Notes under the pieces: generated by a model
Told to the model about the DNA's origin: nothing
Seen by the model: only the letters and a program-made list of their open reading frames with translations
The model's database searches: none
Made by a program: the position numbers and the translations under genes
Shown here: piece after piece, positions 39,401-49,327 of the stretch
Layout of the letters: the number at the start of each line of letters is the position of its first letter
Position numbering within the stretch: position 1 is the first letter of the stretch
Assembly: GCA_039801725.1 (NCBI GenBank)
Contig: JBDRVE010000002.1
Span: forward strand, 336-64,335
DNA from: a candidate division WOR-3 bacterium
GTDB lineage: Bacteria > Hydrothermota > Tepidihabitantia > Tepidihabitantales > DTDR01
Direction: 5' to 3'
DNA length: 64,000 nt

Positions 39401-40381
39401 ATGATTTTCGTTACTGGTGGTGGTGGTTATATAGGCTCAGTAGTTGTTAGGTTATTGATTGAAAATGGTTATCAGGTGATCGTTTACGATAATTTATCCC
39501 GCGGACATTTATCGGCAATTGATAAAAGGGCGATTTTTATTAAAGGCGATTTGGCAGATAAGGATTTGCTTTCTAAGGTTTTTAAAAAGTATCCAATTGA
39601 AGCGGTTCTTCATTTTGCCGCCTATATTGAGGTTGGCGAATCGGTGAAATATCCTACTCTTTTCTTTGATAACAATGTGAAAAATTGTATAAATTTACTT
39701 AACTGTATGTGTGAAAATGGGTGTTATAAAATAATTTTTTCCTCTTCGGCAGCCGTGTATGGGGAACCAATTGAAATTCCAATTAAAGAAAACCATCCTT
39801 TATTACCAATAAATCCCTATGGAGAAACAAAAAGATTGATTGAAGAATTGCTTTTTTCTTATGAAAAATATTGTGGTTTGAAATTTATTTCTTTAAGATA
39901 CTTTAATGTGGCGGGTGCTTACGAAAATTTAGGAGAGGATCACCGTCCAGAAACCCATCTAATTCCTTTGATTGTTAAAGCAGCATTGGGAAAGGAGAAA
40001 ATTTTTAAAATCTATGGAGATGATTATCCAACACGAGATGGCACTTGTATTCGGGATTATATTCATGTGTATGATTTAGCAATTGCTCATATTTTGGCAC
40101 TGAAAAAACTCTTAAAAGAAGATAAAAGCGAAGTTTATAATTTAGGAAGTGAAAATGGGTATTCGGTCAAAGAAGTTTTTGAGACAGCCTGTGAGGTTAT
40201 TGGGAAAGAGATTCCTTATGAGATTGTTGATAGGAGACCTGGAGATGTGCCGATATTAATTGCCTCTTCCGAAAAAATTAAAAAAGAATTGGGTTGGAAG
40301 CGGGAAAAGGATGATTTAAAAGTAATAATTAAGGATACTTTTGAGTGGCATAAGAGATTTCCATCGGGCTATCCAGATTGA
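39401..40381 (+). CDS. galE: UDP-glucose 4-epimerase
   Basis: IFVTGGGGYIGS, YxxxK, SSSAAVYG. Confidence 0.8.
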   Translation: MIFVTGGGGYIGSVVVRLLIENGYQVIVYDNLSRGHLSAIDKRAIFIKGDLADKDLLSKVFKKYPIEAVLHFAAYIEVGESVKYPTLFFDNNVKNCINLLNCMCENGCYKIIFSSSAAVYGEPIEIPIKENHPLLPINPYGETKRLIEELLFSYEKYCGLKFISLRYFNVAGAYENLGEDHRPETHLIPLIVKAALGKEKIFKIYGDDYPTRDGTCIRDYIHVYDLAIAHILALKKLLKEDKSEVYNLGSENGYSVKEVFETACEVIGKEIPYEIVDRRPGDVPILIASSEKIKKELGWKREKDDLKVIIKDTFEWHKRFPSGYPD

Positions 40382-41241
40382 ACCAAAATATTATCAATTA
40401 GACGGGCTTTGCCAAAAAAAACTGCCAAAGCGATACAAACTTTACCAGTAATTTCTTTTAGGGGTTCTAAAGTTTTCGCATCAACAATTTCAATATAATC
40501 AATTTTACCCGAACTTTCCGTAGTAATAATTTTTTCCATTTCTTTTATTATCTTTTCGGGATCTTTTTCTCCTTCCTTTATCATTTTTTTTGCTAACATT
40601 AATGACCGATAGAGCACCGTGGCTTCTTTCCTTTCCTTTTCGTTAAGATAAATATTTCTTGAACTACATGCTAATCCATCTTTTTCACGGACCGTTGGCG
40701 CCACAATAATTTTGATATCAAAATTTAGGTCTTTCGCCATTTTTTTTATAATCACTGCTTGCTGATAATCTTTTTGACCAAAAACGGCAATATGGGGTTT
40801 AACAATATTAAATAATTTAGTAACTACTGTTGCCACTCCTTCGAAATGACCAGGTCGAGAACGACCACAAAGACCTTCCGAAAGTTTTTTTACTTGGACA
40901 TAGGTTAGACAAGGCTCCGGATACATTTCTTTTTCGCTGGGATAGAAAATAATATCTACCCCCAACTCCGCCAGTAACTTTTTATCTCTTTGGAAATCTC
41001 GGGGGTAAATTTGGTAGTCTTCTTTTGGACCAAATTGTAAGGGATTGACAAAAATACTAACAACGCAAACATCGCTTTTCCTTTTAGCAATTTTAACTAA
41101 ACTCAAGTGTCCCTTATGAAGATAGCCCATTGTCGGTACAAAACCAATGATTTTCCCTTTTTTTCTTAACTGGTCGGCAATTTTCTGCATCTCTTTTATT
41201 TTCTTAACAACTTTCATCGGCTTTAAAACTATGTTCTTCAT
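40369..41241 (-). CDS. panC: pantoate--beta-alanine ligase
   Basis: PTMGYLHKGHLSL HIGH-like motif. Confidence 0.85.
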   Translation of the reverse strand: MKNIVLKPMKVVKKIKEMQKIADQLRKKGKIIGFVPTMGYLHKGHLSLVKIAKRKSDVCVVSIFVNPLQFGPKEDYQIYPRDFQRDKKLLAELGVDIIFYPSEKEMYPEPCLTYVQVKKLSEGLCGRSRPGHFEGVATVVTKLFNIVKPHIAVFGQKDYQQAVIIKKMAKDLNFDIKIIVAPTVREKDGLACSSRNIYLNEKERKEATVLYRSLMLAKKMIKEGEKDPEKIIKEMEKIITTESSGKIDYIEIVDAKTLEPLKEITGKVCIALAVFFGKARLIDNILVQSG

Positions 41242-42010
41242 TAGGAAACTTTCCCTTTTTTACTTCTTCTAAATATTCGCTTACCGCCTTTTTAATTAAA
41301 GTTAATAAGTCGGCATATCTCTTAACAAACTTAAATTTCTTTTCGTTCAATCCTAACATATCATGAAGAACGAGAATTTGACCATCGCAATAGGGACCAG
41401 CACCAATTCCAATCGTCGGAATTTTTAATCTTTCCGTAACTATTTTTGCTACCTCCATTGGAACCTTTTCTAATACTATAGCAAAACAACCCGCTTCTTC
41501 TAACATCAGGGCATCTTTCAATAATTTTTCTTGTTCCTCTTTTGTTCGGGCTTGTAATTTGTAGCCGCCTAGCTGGTGAACCGATTGAGGAGTTAATCCT
41601 AAATGTCCCATAACTGGAATTCCAAATTTAACTAAATGTTCAACAATCGGCACCACCGGTTCGCCACCTTCCAATTTTACTCCTTGAGCGCCGGCTTTTA
41701 AAAATAAACCAGCATTTTTTAATGCCTCTTCTTTAGAAATTTGATAAGATAAAAAAGGCATATCACCAACAACAAAGGCTCTTTTTACCGCTCGGGCAAC
41801 TGCTGAGGTAAACATTAACATCGCTGAAAGGTCAATGGGTAAAGTAGTTTCGTAACCAAAAATTACATTAGCAGCTGAATCGCCTACTAAGATTAAATCC
41901 ACTCCGCTCTCGTCCAAGATTTTGGCAGTTAGATAATCATAGGCGGTTAAAGCAACAATTTTTTCTTTTTTTTCTTTCATTCTTAATAATAAATCAATAG
42001 TGACTTTCAC
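41204..42010 (-). CDS. panB: 3-methyl-2-oxobutanoate hydroxymethyltransferase
   Basis: LTAYDY, GDSAANV, GAQGVKLEGG. Confidence 0.85.
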   Translation of the reverse strand: MKVTIDLLLRMKEKKEKIVALTAYDYLTAKILDESGVDLILVGDSAANVIFGYETTLPIDLSAMLMFTSAVARAVKRAFVVGDMPFLSYQISKEEALKNAGLFLKAGAQGVKLEGGEPVVPIVEHLVKFGIPVMGHLGLTPQSVHQLGGYKLQARTKEEQEKLLKDALMLEEAGCFAIVLEKVPMEVAKIVTERLKIPTIGIGAGPYCDGQILVLHDMLGLNEKKFKFVKRYADLLTLIKKAVSEYLEEVKKGKFPNEEHSFKADESC

Positions 42011-42011
42011 A

Positions 42012-42647
42012 TTAAACCAAAAATTTTCGTCCTTCCTTTAAATTTTCAATAGCAATTATTAAATCCCGAAAGGCTTTTGGATTTTCCCAATAGTTATAAC
42101 TTTCCGTATTCACAATTAAGATGGGCACACGAGAATAATGGAAAAAAAATTGATTGTAGGCATTAGCAATTGCGAGCAGATATTCCCAATTAATTTTTTT
42201 TTCATATTCTCGCTCACTTCTGCGCAAACGTTCCCAAATTGTTTCTAAATTAGTTTGCAAAAAAACTATTTTAGTAGGTCTAAGAGTAAGATTTTTTTCT
42301 AAAAGTTGAAAAATTTTTTCGTAGATAAAATATTCACTTTCGGATAAATTGACACTAGCATAAATCTTATCTTTTTCCAATGTGTAATCACTTACAATTT
42401 TTTTCTCCGCAAATAAAGAAAGTTGGTTTAAACTTAGTTGTTGTTGATAACGGCTAAGAAGGAAAAAGAGTTGGGTCTGAAAGGCATAAGTTCTTTTGTT
42501 TTCGTAAAAATTTTTTAAAAAAGGATTTTCTAAATTATCTAATATCAATTCAGCACGCCAATAATTAGCTAATTTGGTAGCCAAATAAGTTTTGCCTATT
42601 CCCATAATCCCTTCTATTGCCACGTATTCGAGTTCCTTTTTTTCCAT
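42012..42647 (-). CDS. deoxynucleoside kinase (dCK/dGK family)
   Basis: IEGIMGIGKT P-loop, ERS-like lid, family length. Confidence 0.6.
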   Translation of the reverse strand: MEKKELEYVAIEGIMGIGKTYLATKLANYWRAELILDNLENPFLKNFYENKRTYAFQTQLFFLLSRYQQQLSLNQLSLFAEKKIVSDYTLEKDKIYASVNLSESEYFIYEKIFQLLEKNLTLRPTKIVFLQTNLETIWERLRRSEREYEKKINWEYLLAIANAYNQFFFHYSRVPILIVNTESYNYWENPKAFRDLIIAIENLKEGRKFLV

Positions 42648-43117
42648 ATCCGAACACCATTAGTATCTATCTTTTCGCTAAATTCTTTTAAGTTTTTTTT
42701 AACTACGGGATGATAGAAATCCGGCGCCACTTCCAATAAAGGGATTAATACAAAATTTCTTTCTAAGATTTTGGGATGAGGAATTTTAAGATATTTATCA
42801 TCAATGATTTCTGAATTATAGAAAAGGATATCAATGTCTAATAAACGGGGAGCATTTTTGAACAATCTTAATCGGTAAAACCTATTTTCAATTTTTTTAA
42901 TCATCTTCAAAACTTCTTTTGGTGGCAGGTTGGTTTTAAAGACGCCCACGCTATTAATAAAAGAAGGTTGAAAAGGAAAACCAACTGGTTTGGTTAGATA
43001 AAAAGAAGAAATTTTTTGGGGATAGATATTAACCTTTTCTAAAAATTTAATAGCCCTTTCAATATTTTTCACACGATTTCCGAGATTGCTACCAAAGGAT
43101 AAAATTACCTCTTTCAT
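42614..43117 (-). CDS. folK: 2-amino-4-hydroxy-6-hydroxymethyldihydropteridine pyrophosphokinase
   Basis: LSFGSNLGNR ... LDIDILFY. Confidence 0.8.
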   Translation of the reverse strand: MKEVILSFGSNLGNRVKNIERAIKFLEKVNIYPQKISSFYLTKPVGFPFQPSFINSVGVFKTNLPPKEVLKMIKKIENRFYRLRLFKNAPRLLDIDILFYNSEIIDDKYLKIPHPKILERNFVLIPLLEVAPDFYHPVVKKNLKEFSEKIDTNGVRIWKKRNSNTWQ

Positions 43118-43137
43118 TTATAAAAATAATGAAAATT

Positions 43138-43653
43138 CTAAATTTTGTCAATAAATTTATTAGCCAATTCTTCAAAACTTCTTCGCCATTTTTGAGGATC
43201 CGGAAATTCAGCGATATTTATCGCTAACCATTGGTAAAAATTTTTCTCAGATAAAAAAGGTAGATAATATTTAGTGGTTGATTCATAGATTGTTAATAAA
43301 TAACCGACCACCTTTTTATTTAATAATTCAATTGTGTCAATTAAATTCCTTAAAGATTGGTTAAACTTATCTTCGGGAAAGTAATTTGGTTGGTTAAGAA
43401 AAATACCCCATTCACATTGAATCAATGCTTTTATTTCTCCTTGATAGAAGACGCCCAAGTCAATAATTTTCCCTTTTATATTCAAGCCTGCTCGAACTAA
43501 CCAATGGGGTAATGTTAAGAAATATCTTCGGGCATGATAATAAGCAATTACTTTTAAATCTTCTTTGGAAAAGAGACGGAAGGAAAGTAAATCTTCTTTT
43601 ATTTTAACCAAAAATTGACCGGTTAAAAATTGGTTAAAAGTTTGATAACTCAT
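43138..43653 (-). CDS. hypothetical protein (171 aa)
   Basis: ORF in operon context; no recognisable motif. Confidence 0.4.
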   Translation of the reverse strand: MSYQTFNQFLTGQFLVKIKEDLLSFRLFSKEDLKVIAYYHARRYFLTLPHWLVRAGLNIKGKIIDLGVFYQGEIKALIQCEWGIFLNQPNYFPEDKFNQSLRNLIDTIELLNKKVVGYLLTIYESTTKYYLPFLSEKNFYQWLAINIAEFPDPQKWRRSFEELANKFIDKI

Positions 43654-44393
43654 TCATGAATAAAAAAATTGGTTAAAAGAATTATTAAAAATATTCCTAA
43701 AATAAAGATTATAAAAGAGTAAATACTTTTTCTTAAATCTATTTCCCGATGGAGTTCCGGAATAATATCAGAAGAGGCGATATAAAGAAAATTACCTCCG
43801 GCTAAGGAGAGAAGAAAGGGTAAAAGGGATTGGAATTTTTCTAAGAAAAGAAAGCCGATAATTGCTCCTAAGACGGCGGCAGTAGCACTTAGAAAATTAT
43901 AAAATAATGCTTTCCTTTTGGTGTAACCTCCATAAACAAGAATTGCAAAATCACCAATCTCTTGCGGTATTTCGTGGACAATTGTTCCTAATGTTATTAA
44001 CAGACCGGTTTTCAAAGAAGTTAAATAACCAGCAGCAATTATTAAGCCATCAATGAAATTATGAAGGGAATCACCAAGGAGATTAAGAGGACCAATCGGA
44101 TGGATTTCACATTTAGGCAAATGGCAATGACGCCAACGGATAATTCTTTCTAAGATGAAAAAGATGAGAAAACCAATGGTTAAAAAAAGAGAAAAGAGAT
44201 AAGGAGGGAAATGTTCAATAGTTTCTTTTAAAATATGAAAAAAGACAATACCGAAGAGAACACCACCGGCAAAAGCGACTAAATAATAAATAATTTTTTC
44301 AAATAGATTAGTTTTAAAAAATAAAAAGAAAATGCCAATAAGAGAAAGAAGGCTAACAAAAATGGAAGAAAAGAGAGTATATAGAAAAATCAT
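43650..44393 (-). CDS. ZIP-family divalent metal transporter (ZupT-like)
   Basis: HNFIDGLIIAAG and HEIPQEIGDFAIL motifs; 8 TM. Confidence 0.75.
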   Translation of the reverse strand: MIFLYTLFSSIFVSLLSLIGIFFLFFKTNLFEKIIYYLVAFAGGVLFGIVFFHILKETIEHFPPYLFSLFLTIGFLIFFILERIIRWRHCHLPKCEIHPIGPLNLLGDSLHNFIDGLIIAAGYLTSLKTGLLITLGTIVHEIPQEIGDFAILVYGGYTKRKALFYNFLSATAAVLGAIIGFLFLEKFQSLLPFLLSLAGGNFLYIASSDIIPELHREIDLRKSIYSFIIFILGIFLIILLTNFFIHE

Positions 44394-44923
44394 AATTGGT
44401 CGATGTGATAGCCAACCATTAGGGCTCGTTCATTCATTTCTAAAAACTGGGGTGTTACTCGATGAGAGATTGCTTTTTTTAATGATTCAATCTTTACAAT
44501 TTCCGTAAAACGAGCCAGAGAGCCCAAAAGAATGATATTGGCAAATAATTCCCGTCCCAATTTTTCTTTAGCAATCAATGAAAAAGGAAAGGCATAAATT
44601 TTTATATTTTCTTTATTAAAATTTCCACAGTAATAAGAGTCAATAATCAGAATACCGTTCTCTTTTAATTTTTTAATATATTCCTCCAGGGCTTGGCGGC
44701 TTAAGCAAGCCAAAATATCTAAATTCTGAGTTTGAGGAAAATAGATTGGTTTGTCACTGATAATTATATCGGCTTTAGAGGCGCCACCTCGTGCTTCTGG
44801 ACCATACGATTGAGTTTGGGAAACATATTTATTTTCATAAACACCCACTGCTTCGGCTAAAACAATTGCCGCAAAAATAATTCCTTGGCCACCAGTTCCA
44901 GCAATTCTAATCTCTTTTTTCAT
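44390..44923 (-). CDS. 2-oxoacid:ferredoxin oxidoreductase gamma subunit
   Basis: IAGTGGQGII N-terminus typical of KorC/PorG. Confidence 0.75.
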   Translation of the reverse strand: MKKEIRIAGTGGQGIIFAAIVLAEAVGVYENKYVSQTQSYGPEARGGASKADIIISDKPIYFPQTQNLDILACLSRQALEEYIKKLKENGILIIDSYYCGNFNKENIKIYAFPFSLIAKEKLGRELFANIILLGSLARFTEIVKIESLKKAISHRVTPQFLEMNERALMVGYHIDQL

Positions 44924-45719
44924 CTATTATCCTTTTTAATTTTTCACAATACTCTTCTCTTTCTCTATCTAATAAAATACCAATCGCAATTTTATCAGCG
45001 GGTATTTCGGAAAGGTCTTTGATATGGGAAATATTAATTGCCCTATTTTTAAAATCTTCTAACATTTTTACTGCGTCGCCTAATCTATTTAAACGACCGT
45101 AAAGGGTTGGACATTGAGAAATTACTTCTACCACTGAAAACCCTTTTTTTGTTAGTGCTTTTTTAAATATATTTTTTAAATGGGCAGTATGATAGGTAGT
45201 GGAACGAGCAAAAAACACAGCACCAGCACTTTTTGAGATTTCATAAATATCAAATTCTTCTTCGGGATTGCCATAAGGGGTTGTATAAGTAAATTTTCCT
45301 TTTGGAGTTGTGGGTGAAACCTGACCACCAGTCATTCCGTAATTAAAATTATTAATAATTATTACTGTTAAATCAATATTTCTTCTTGCCGCGTGGATAA
45401 AATGGCTCAAGCCGATTGCCAAGATATCACCGTCACCACCAATAACAATCACCTTTAAATGGGGCTTTGCCAATTTTACTCCGATAGCACAAGGAATTGC
45501 CCGACCGTGAAGGGTATGAAAGGTATCACAATCAATATATCCAGGAATACGAGAAGAACAGCCAATTCCTGATACCAAACAGATATTATTTTTATCTAAA
45601 TTTAATTCGTTAAAAGTTCTTATAAGAATATTAGTAATTGTTCCGATACCACAACCAGGGCATAAAATATGGGGAAATCTTTCGTCTAATCTTAAATAAT
45701 TTTTTATCTCTTCTTTCAT
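44907..45719 (-). CDS. 2-oxoacid:ferredoxin oxidoreductase beta subunit (TPP-binding)
   Basis: GIGCSS, GGDGD TPP motif. Confidence 0.8.
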   Translation of the reverse strand: MKEEIKNYLRLDERFPHILCPGCGIGTITNILIRTFNELNLDKNNICLVSGIGCSSRIPGYIDCDTFHTLHGRAIPCAIGVKLAKPHLKVIVIGGDGDILAIGLSHFIHAARRNIDLTVIIINNFNYGMTGGQVSPTTPKGKFTYTTPYGNPEEEFDIYEISKSAGAVFFARSTTYHTAHLKNIFKKALTKKGFSVVEVISQCPTLYGRLNRLGDAVKMLEDFKNRAINISHIKDLSEIPADKIAIGILLDREREEYCEKLKRIIDEKRD

Positions 45720-46822
45720 ATTACCGCTAATATTTCTTCCGGAGTTATTATTTCACCGTCATATCTCTGAACACCAACAATTTCAATTTCCGGACTTATT
45801 GCCCTTTCAATTTCATTGATTAATTGTCCTTGGTTCATTTCAACAACAATTACCTTCTTAGCACTTTTTAATAAAGATTTTAAGGGTTTATCTGGAAAAG
45901 GCCAGATTGTTTTAAGGCGAATATAACCTAAGGCTCTTTTTTCTTCTTTTTCAAAGATATATTTTGCTTCTAACGCAGTGCGGGCAGATATTCCGTAAGA
46001 GATAAGACAAATTTCGGCACCAATATCTTGATATTCTAAATCCCATAATTTTTCTTTATTATCTTCAATTTTTCTTTTTAGCCTATCTAATTTTCTCTTA
46101 ATCTCTTCTGGGTTATTAGTAGGAAACCCATCTTCCCGATGAGTAAGTCCAGAAATATGGATTCGATAGCCTTCACCAAAATAGGCAACTTCCGCATCAT
46201 AAATTGTCTCTTCTGAATAGAGTAAAAATTCTTCAGGGCTTTTTTTCTTTCTCTTTGGTTGGTAGATTTCAATTTCTTCGGGCAATTCAACCACTTCTCG
46301 CATATGAGCAATTATTTCATCGGTTAGCAAAATTACCGGTACCCTTAAAAAATAGGCAGTATTAACTGCTTTAACTGTTAAATAGAAACTTTCCAAGACA
46401 CTGTAAGGATAAAAAACAACAATCGGATGGTCGCCGTGGGTTCCCCATCTTGCTTGCATTACATCGCTTTGGGAAGGTTTTGTCGGCAAGCCGGTAGCCG
46501 GACCACCTCTTTGGACATTTACAATAAGACAAGGTATTTCTGCCATACAAGCATAACCAATCCCTTCTTGCATCAAAGAGAAACCAGGTCCAGAAGTGGC
46601 GGTCATTGCTTTCATACCAGCAGCACTAGCACCAATCACCGCATTTATTGAAGCAATTTCGTCTTCCATTTGGATAAAAACTCCGCCAATTTTTGGTAAT
46701 TCCCTTGCCATATATTCAGCAATTTCGGTAGATGGAGTAATTGGGTAGCCAGCAAAAAATCTTATTCCGGCTTTTATCGCTCCAATCGCAACCGCTTCAT
46801 TTCCCGATAATAACTGACGCAT
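45716..46822 (-). CDS. 2-oxoacid:ferredoxin oxidoreductase alpha subunit
   Basis: LSGNEAVAIGAIKAG...GYPITPS. Confidence 0.8.
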   Translation of the reverse strand: MRQLLSGNEAVAIGAIKAGIRFFAGYPITPSTEIAEYMARELPKIGGVFIQMEDEIASINAVIGASAAGMKAMTATSGPGFSLMQEGIGYACMAEIPCLIVNVQRGGPATGLPTKPSQSDVMQARWGTHGDHPIVVFYPYSVLESFYLTVKAVNTAYFLRVPVILLTDEIIAHMREVVELPEEIEIYQPKRKKKSPEEFLLYSEETIYDAEVAYFGEGYRIHISGLTHREDGFPTNNPEEIKRKLDRLKRKIEDNKEKLWDLEYQDIGAEICLISYGISARTALEAKYIFEKEEKRALGYIRLKTIWPFPDKPLKSLLKSAKKVIVVEMNQGQLINEIERAISPEIEIVGVQRYDGEIITPEEILAVI

Positions 46823-47061
46823 TATTTCTCTTTTTCAATAAAAATAGCAAAATCTGGACACATCAACTCACAAAGATAACAGGCGATACATTCATCAGGA
46901 TTTTTGGCAAATACCTTAAAATCCTTATCCCAATCTAAAACCTTTTTCGGACAGAAATTTATACAAATACCACAACCTTTACAAAAATATTTTATAACTT
47001 TTATCTTTTTATTATCTTTAGAAAGATAAACCTTTGGTTCTTCTTTTAAGAATTTTTTCAC
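46822..47061 (-). CDS. 2x[4Fe-4S] ferredoxin delta subunit
   Basis: CKGCGICINFCP ... CIACYLCELMCP. Confidence 0.75.
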   Translation of the reverse strand: MKKFLKEEPKVYLSKDNKKIKVIKYFCKGCGICINFCPKKVLDWDKDFKVFAKNPDECIACYLCELMCPDFAIFIEKEK

Positions 47062-47942
47062 AGATTTAACTTTGCTAATAAATTAACTATCTCTTGTGGC
47101 TCTTCAAAAACTTCGATACCAGCACTTATAAAGGCTTCAATTTTACTTTGGGCAGTTCCTTTTCCCTGCTCAATAATTGCTCCGGCATGTCCCATTCTCT
47201 TTTCCGGTGGAGCAGTTTTTCCAGCAATGAAACCAAATATTGGTTTTTTGATGTTTCTTTTTACAAACTTTGCTGCCTCTTCTTCATCCAAACCGCCAAT
47301 CTCACCAATAATGACAATCGCTTTTGTTTCTTCATCTTTATTAAAAAGTTTTAAAATATCAACAAAATCCATTCCTTTAATTGGGTCACCACCAATACCA
47401 ACAATTGTTGATAATCCATATTTGGTTTGCGAGATATGATAAGATATTTCATAAGTCAAAGTTCCGCTTCTGGAGACAACACCAATAACACCCCTTTTAA
47501 AATATTCGTGAGGGATAATACCAATTTTTACCTCTTCCGGAACCAATATTCCTGGGCAGTTTGGTCCCAATAGTTTAGATTTTTTATTTTTTAGATAGGC
47601 ATTAATTTTCATCATATCATGAACTGGTATTCCTTCGGTGATTACGACAATCAAAGGGATGTTTTCATCTATTGCTTCGTAAATAGCATCAGTAGCAAAG
47701 GCAGCAGGAACAAATATAATACTGGCATCAAATTCAAAATATTTCTTTGCTTCATAAATAGAATTAAAGACCGGTATTGGTTCACTATTTTGAAAATCAA
47801 TCTTCTGGCTACCTTTTCCTGGTGTCACACCGGCAAGGATTTTTGTGCCAAAATTAATCATTCTCTGGGTATGGAACTGTCCGTCCCTGCCGGTAATTCC
47901 TTGAACCAAAACCTTTGTATCTTTATTAATTAAAATACTCAT
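47058..47942 (-). CDS. sucD: succinyl-CoA synthetase alpha subunit
   Basis: CoA-binding GITGR, phospho-His loop SRSGTLTYE, GHAGA. Confidence 0.85.
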   Translation of the reverse strand: MSILINKDTKVLVQGITGRDGQFHTQRMINFGTKILAGVTPGKGSQKIDFQNSEPIPVFNSIYEAKKYFEFDASIIFVPAAFATDAIYEAIDENIPLIVVITEGIPVHDMMKINAYLKNKKSKLLGPNCPGILVPEEVKIGIIPHEYFKRGVIGVVSRSGTLTYEISYHISQTKYGLSTIVGIGGDPIKGMDFVDILKLFNKDEETKAIVIIGEIGGLDEEEAAKFVKRNIKKPIFGFIAGKTAPPEKRMGHAGAIIEQGKGTAQSKIEAFISAGIEVFEEPQEIVNLLAKLNL

Positions 47943-49069
47943 AATTTTACGGCAATTTCCACTGCCTTTTTAATCGCCTCTTTCATATCATCAATTAAAA
48001 TTACTTTGGTATCTTTTAATATTTCATAAGCCTTATCCTGATTAGTGCCAATCAGACGGGCAACAATTGGAATATCTATCTCTTTGATGACCGACAATAA
48101 TCCCTGAGCCACATCATCGCAACGGGTAATTCCACCAAAAATATTTACTAAAATTACTTTTATATCTTTATCTTGGATTAATAATCTCAATGCCTTTTCT
48201 ATTCTTTCTTTATTTGTTGAGCCACCAATATCCAAAAAATTTGCTGGGTTTTCGCCATATTTTTTTATCAAATCTAATGTTGCCATTGCCAAACCAGCAC
48301 CATTCACAATACAGCCAACCTTTCCTTCTAATTTTATATAAGAAAATCCCAATGTCTTTGCCTCTTCTTCAATCTTATTCCTGATTTCCTGCTTTTCATA
48401 AGTTTTCAATTCGGGATGGCGAAAGAGGGCATTATCATCAATAATCATTTTCGCATCAATCGCACAGAAATTATTATCAGAAGTTAATGCCAAAGGATTA
48501 ATCTCTACCAATTGGGCTTCATAAAGAAAGAAAATAGTTGTCAATTTTTGCAAAAGTTCACTAAATTGATTAACCAGAGATAAATCACCAAACAAATCTA
48601 AACAGAGGTTTCTTGCTTGGTAATTTTTTAAACCTAATAATGGGTCAATGTTTATTTTTAAGATACTTTCTGGTCTTTCTCTTGCCAACTCTTCAATTTC
48701 AATTCCACCTTCTTTTGAAGCAATAATAATTGGGCTTTTTTCCTGTCGGTCAATAGTTACTGAAAGATATAGTTCTTTTTTTATATCAACAAAACTACTT
48801 ACCAATACTTTTTCAACAGGTATATCTTTTATTTTTAACGAGAATATTTCTTTTGCTAATTTTTTGGCTTCATTTTCATTTTCTATCTTTTTAATTCCAC
48901 CTGCTTTACCTCTGCCACCAACCAAAACCTGTGCCTTAAATATACAAGGAAAACCAATCTCTTTAGCAAAAATCATTGCCTCATATTCATTATTTGCCAA
49001 TTTTTCTTTGGGAGTAAAAATATTAAATCTTCTAAATATCTCCTTTGCTTGATATTCAAACAACTTCAT
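47939..49069 (-). CDS. sucC: succinyl-CoA synthetase beta subunit
   Basis: MKLFEYQAKE, ATP-grasp, NIFGGI. Confidence 0.85.
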   Translation of the reverse strand: MKLFEYQAKEIFRRFNIFTPKEKLANNEYEAMIFAKEIGFPCIFKAQVLVGGRGKAGGIKKIENENEAKKLAKEIFSLKIKDIPVEKVLVSSFVDIKKELYLSVTIDRQEKSPIIIASKEGGIEIEELARERPESILKINIDPLLGLKNYQARNLCLDLFGDLSLVNQFSELLQKLTTIFFLYEAQLVEINPLALTSDNNFCAIDAKMIIDDNALFRHPELKTYEKQEIRNKIEEEAKTLGFSYIKLEGKVGCIVNGAGLAMATLDLIKKYGENPANFLDIGGSTNKERIEKALRLLIQDKDIKVILVNIFGGITRCDDVAQGLLSVIKEIDIPIVARLIGTNQDKAYEILKDTKVILIDDMKEAIKKAVEIAVKL

Positions 49070-49165
49070 AGATTTTTAATTTTAGTAAAAATTGAGATAA
49101 AATCAATAAAATCAATAAAATAACTTTTCATAAAAAATTAAGGCATAGGGGAGGGGGTATATATC

Positions 49166-49216
49166 TATAAGTCCTTATAAATCAAAGACTTATATAGGTA
49201 TAGGGTTATCCCTATA
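49166..49216. promoter_or_regulatory. cluster of inverted repeats between the polyferredoxin gene and sucC (TATAAGTC-n13-GACTTATA; TATAGGG-ttat-CCCTATA; ACTATATAGT)
   Basis: Read directly. Preceded by GGGGAGGGGGTAT. Confidence 0.5.
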
Positions 49217-49327
49217 TCAGTATACTATATAGTCCTTTTAATAATATGAAATAAACTTTTTGATTAAAAATTTTGGGTTGAGTAAAGATTTTTTTAATCT
49301 GAGCAATCAAAGGTTAAAATTGTTAAT

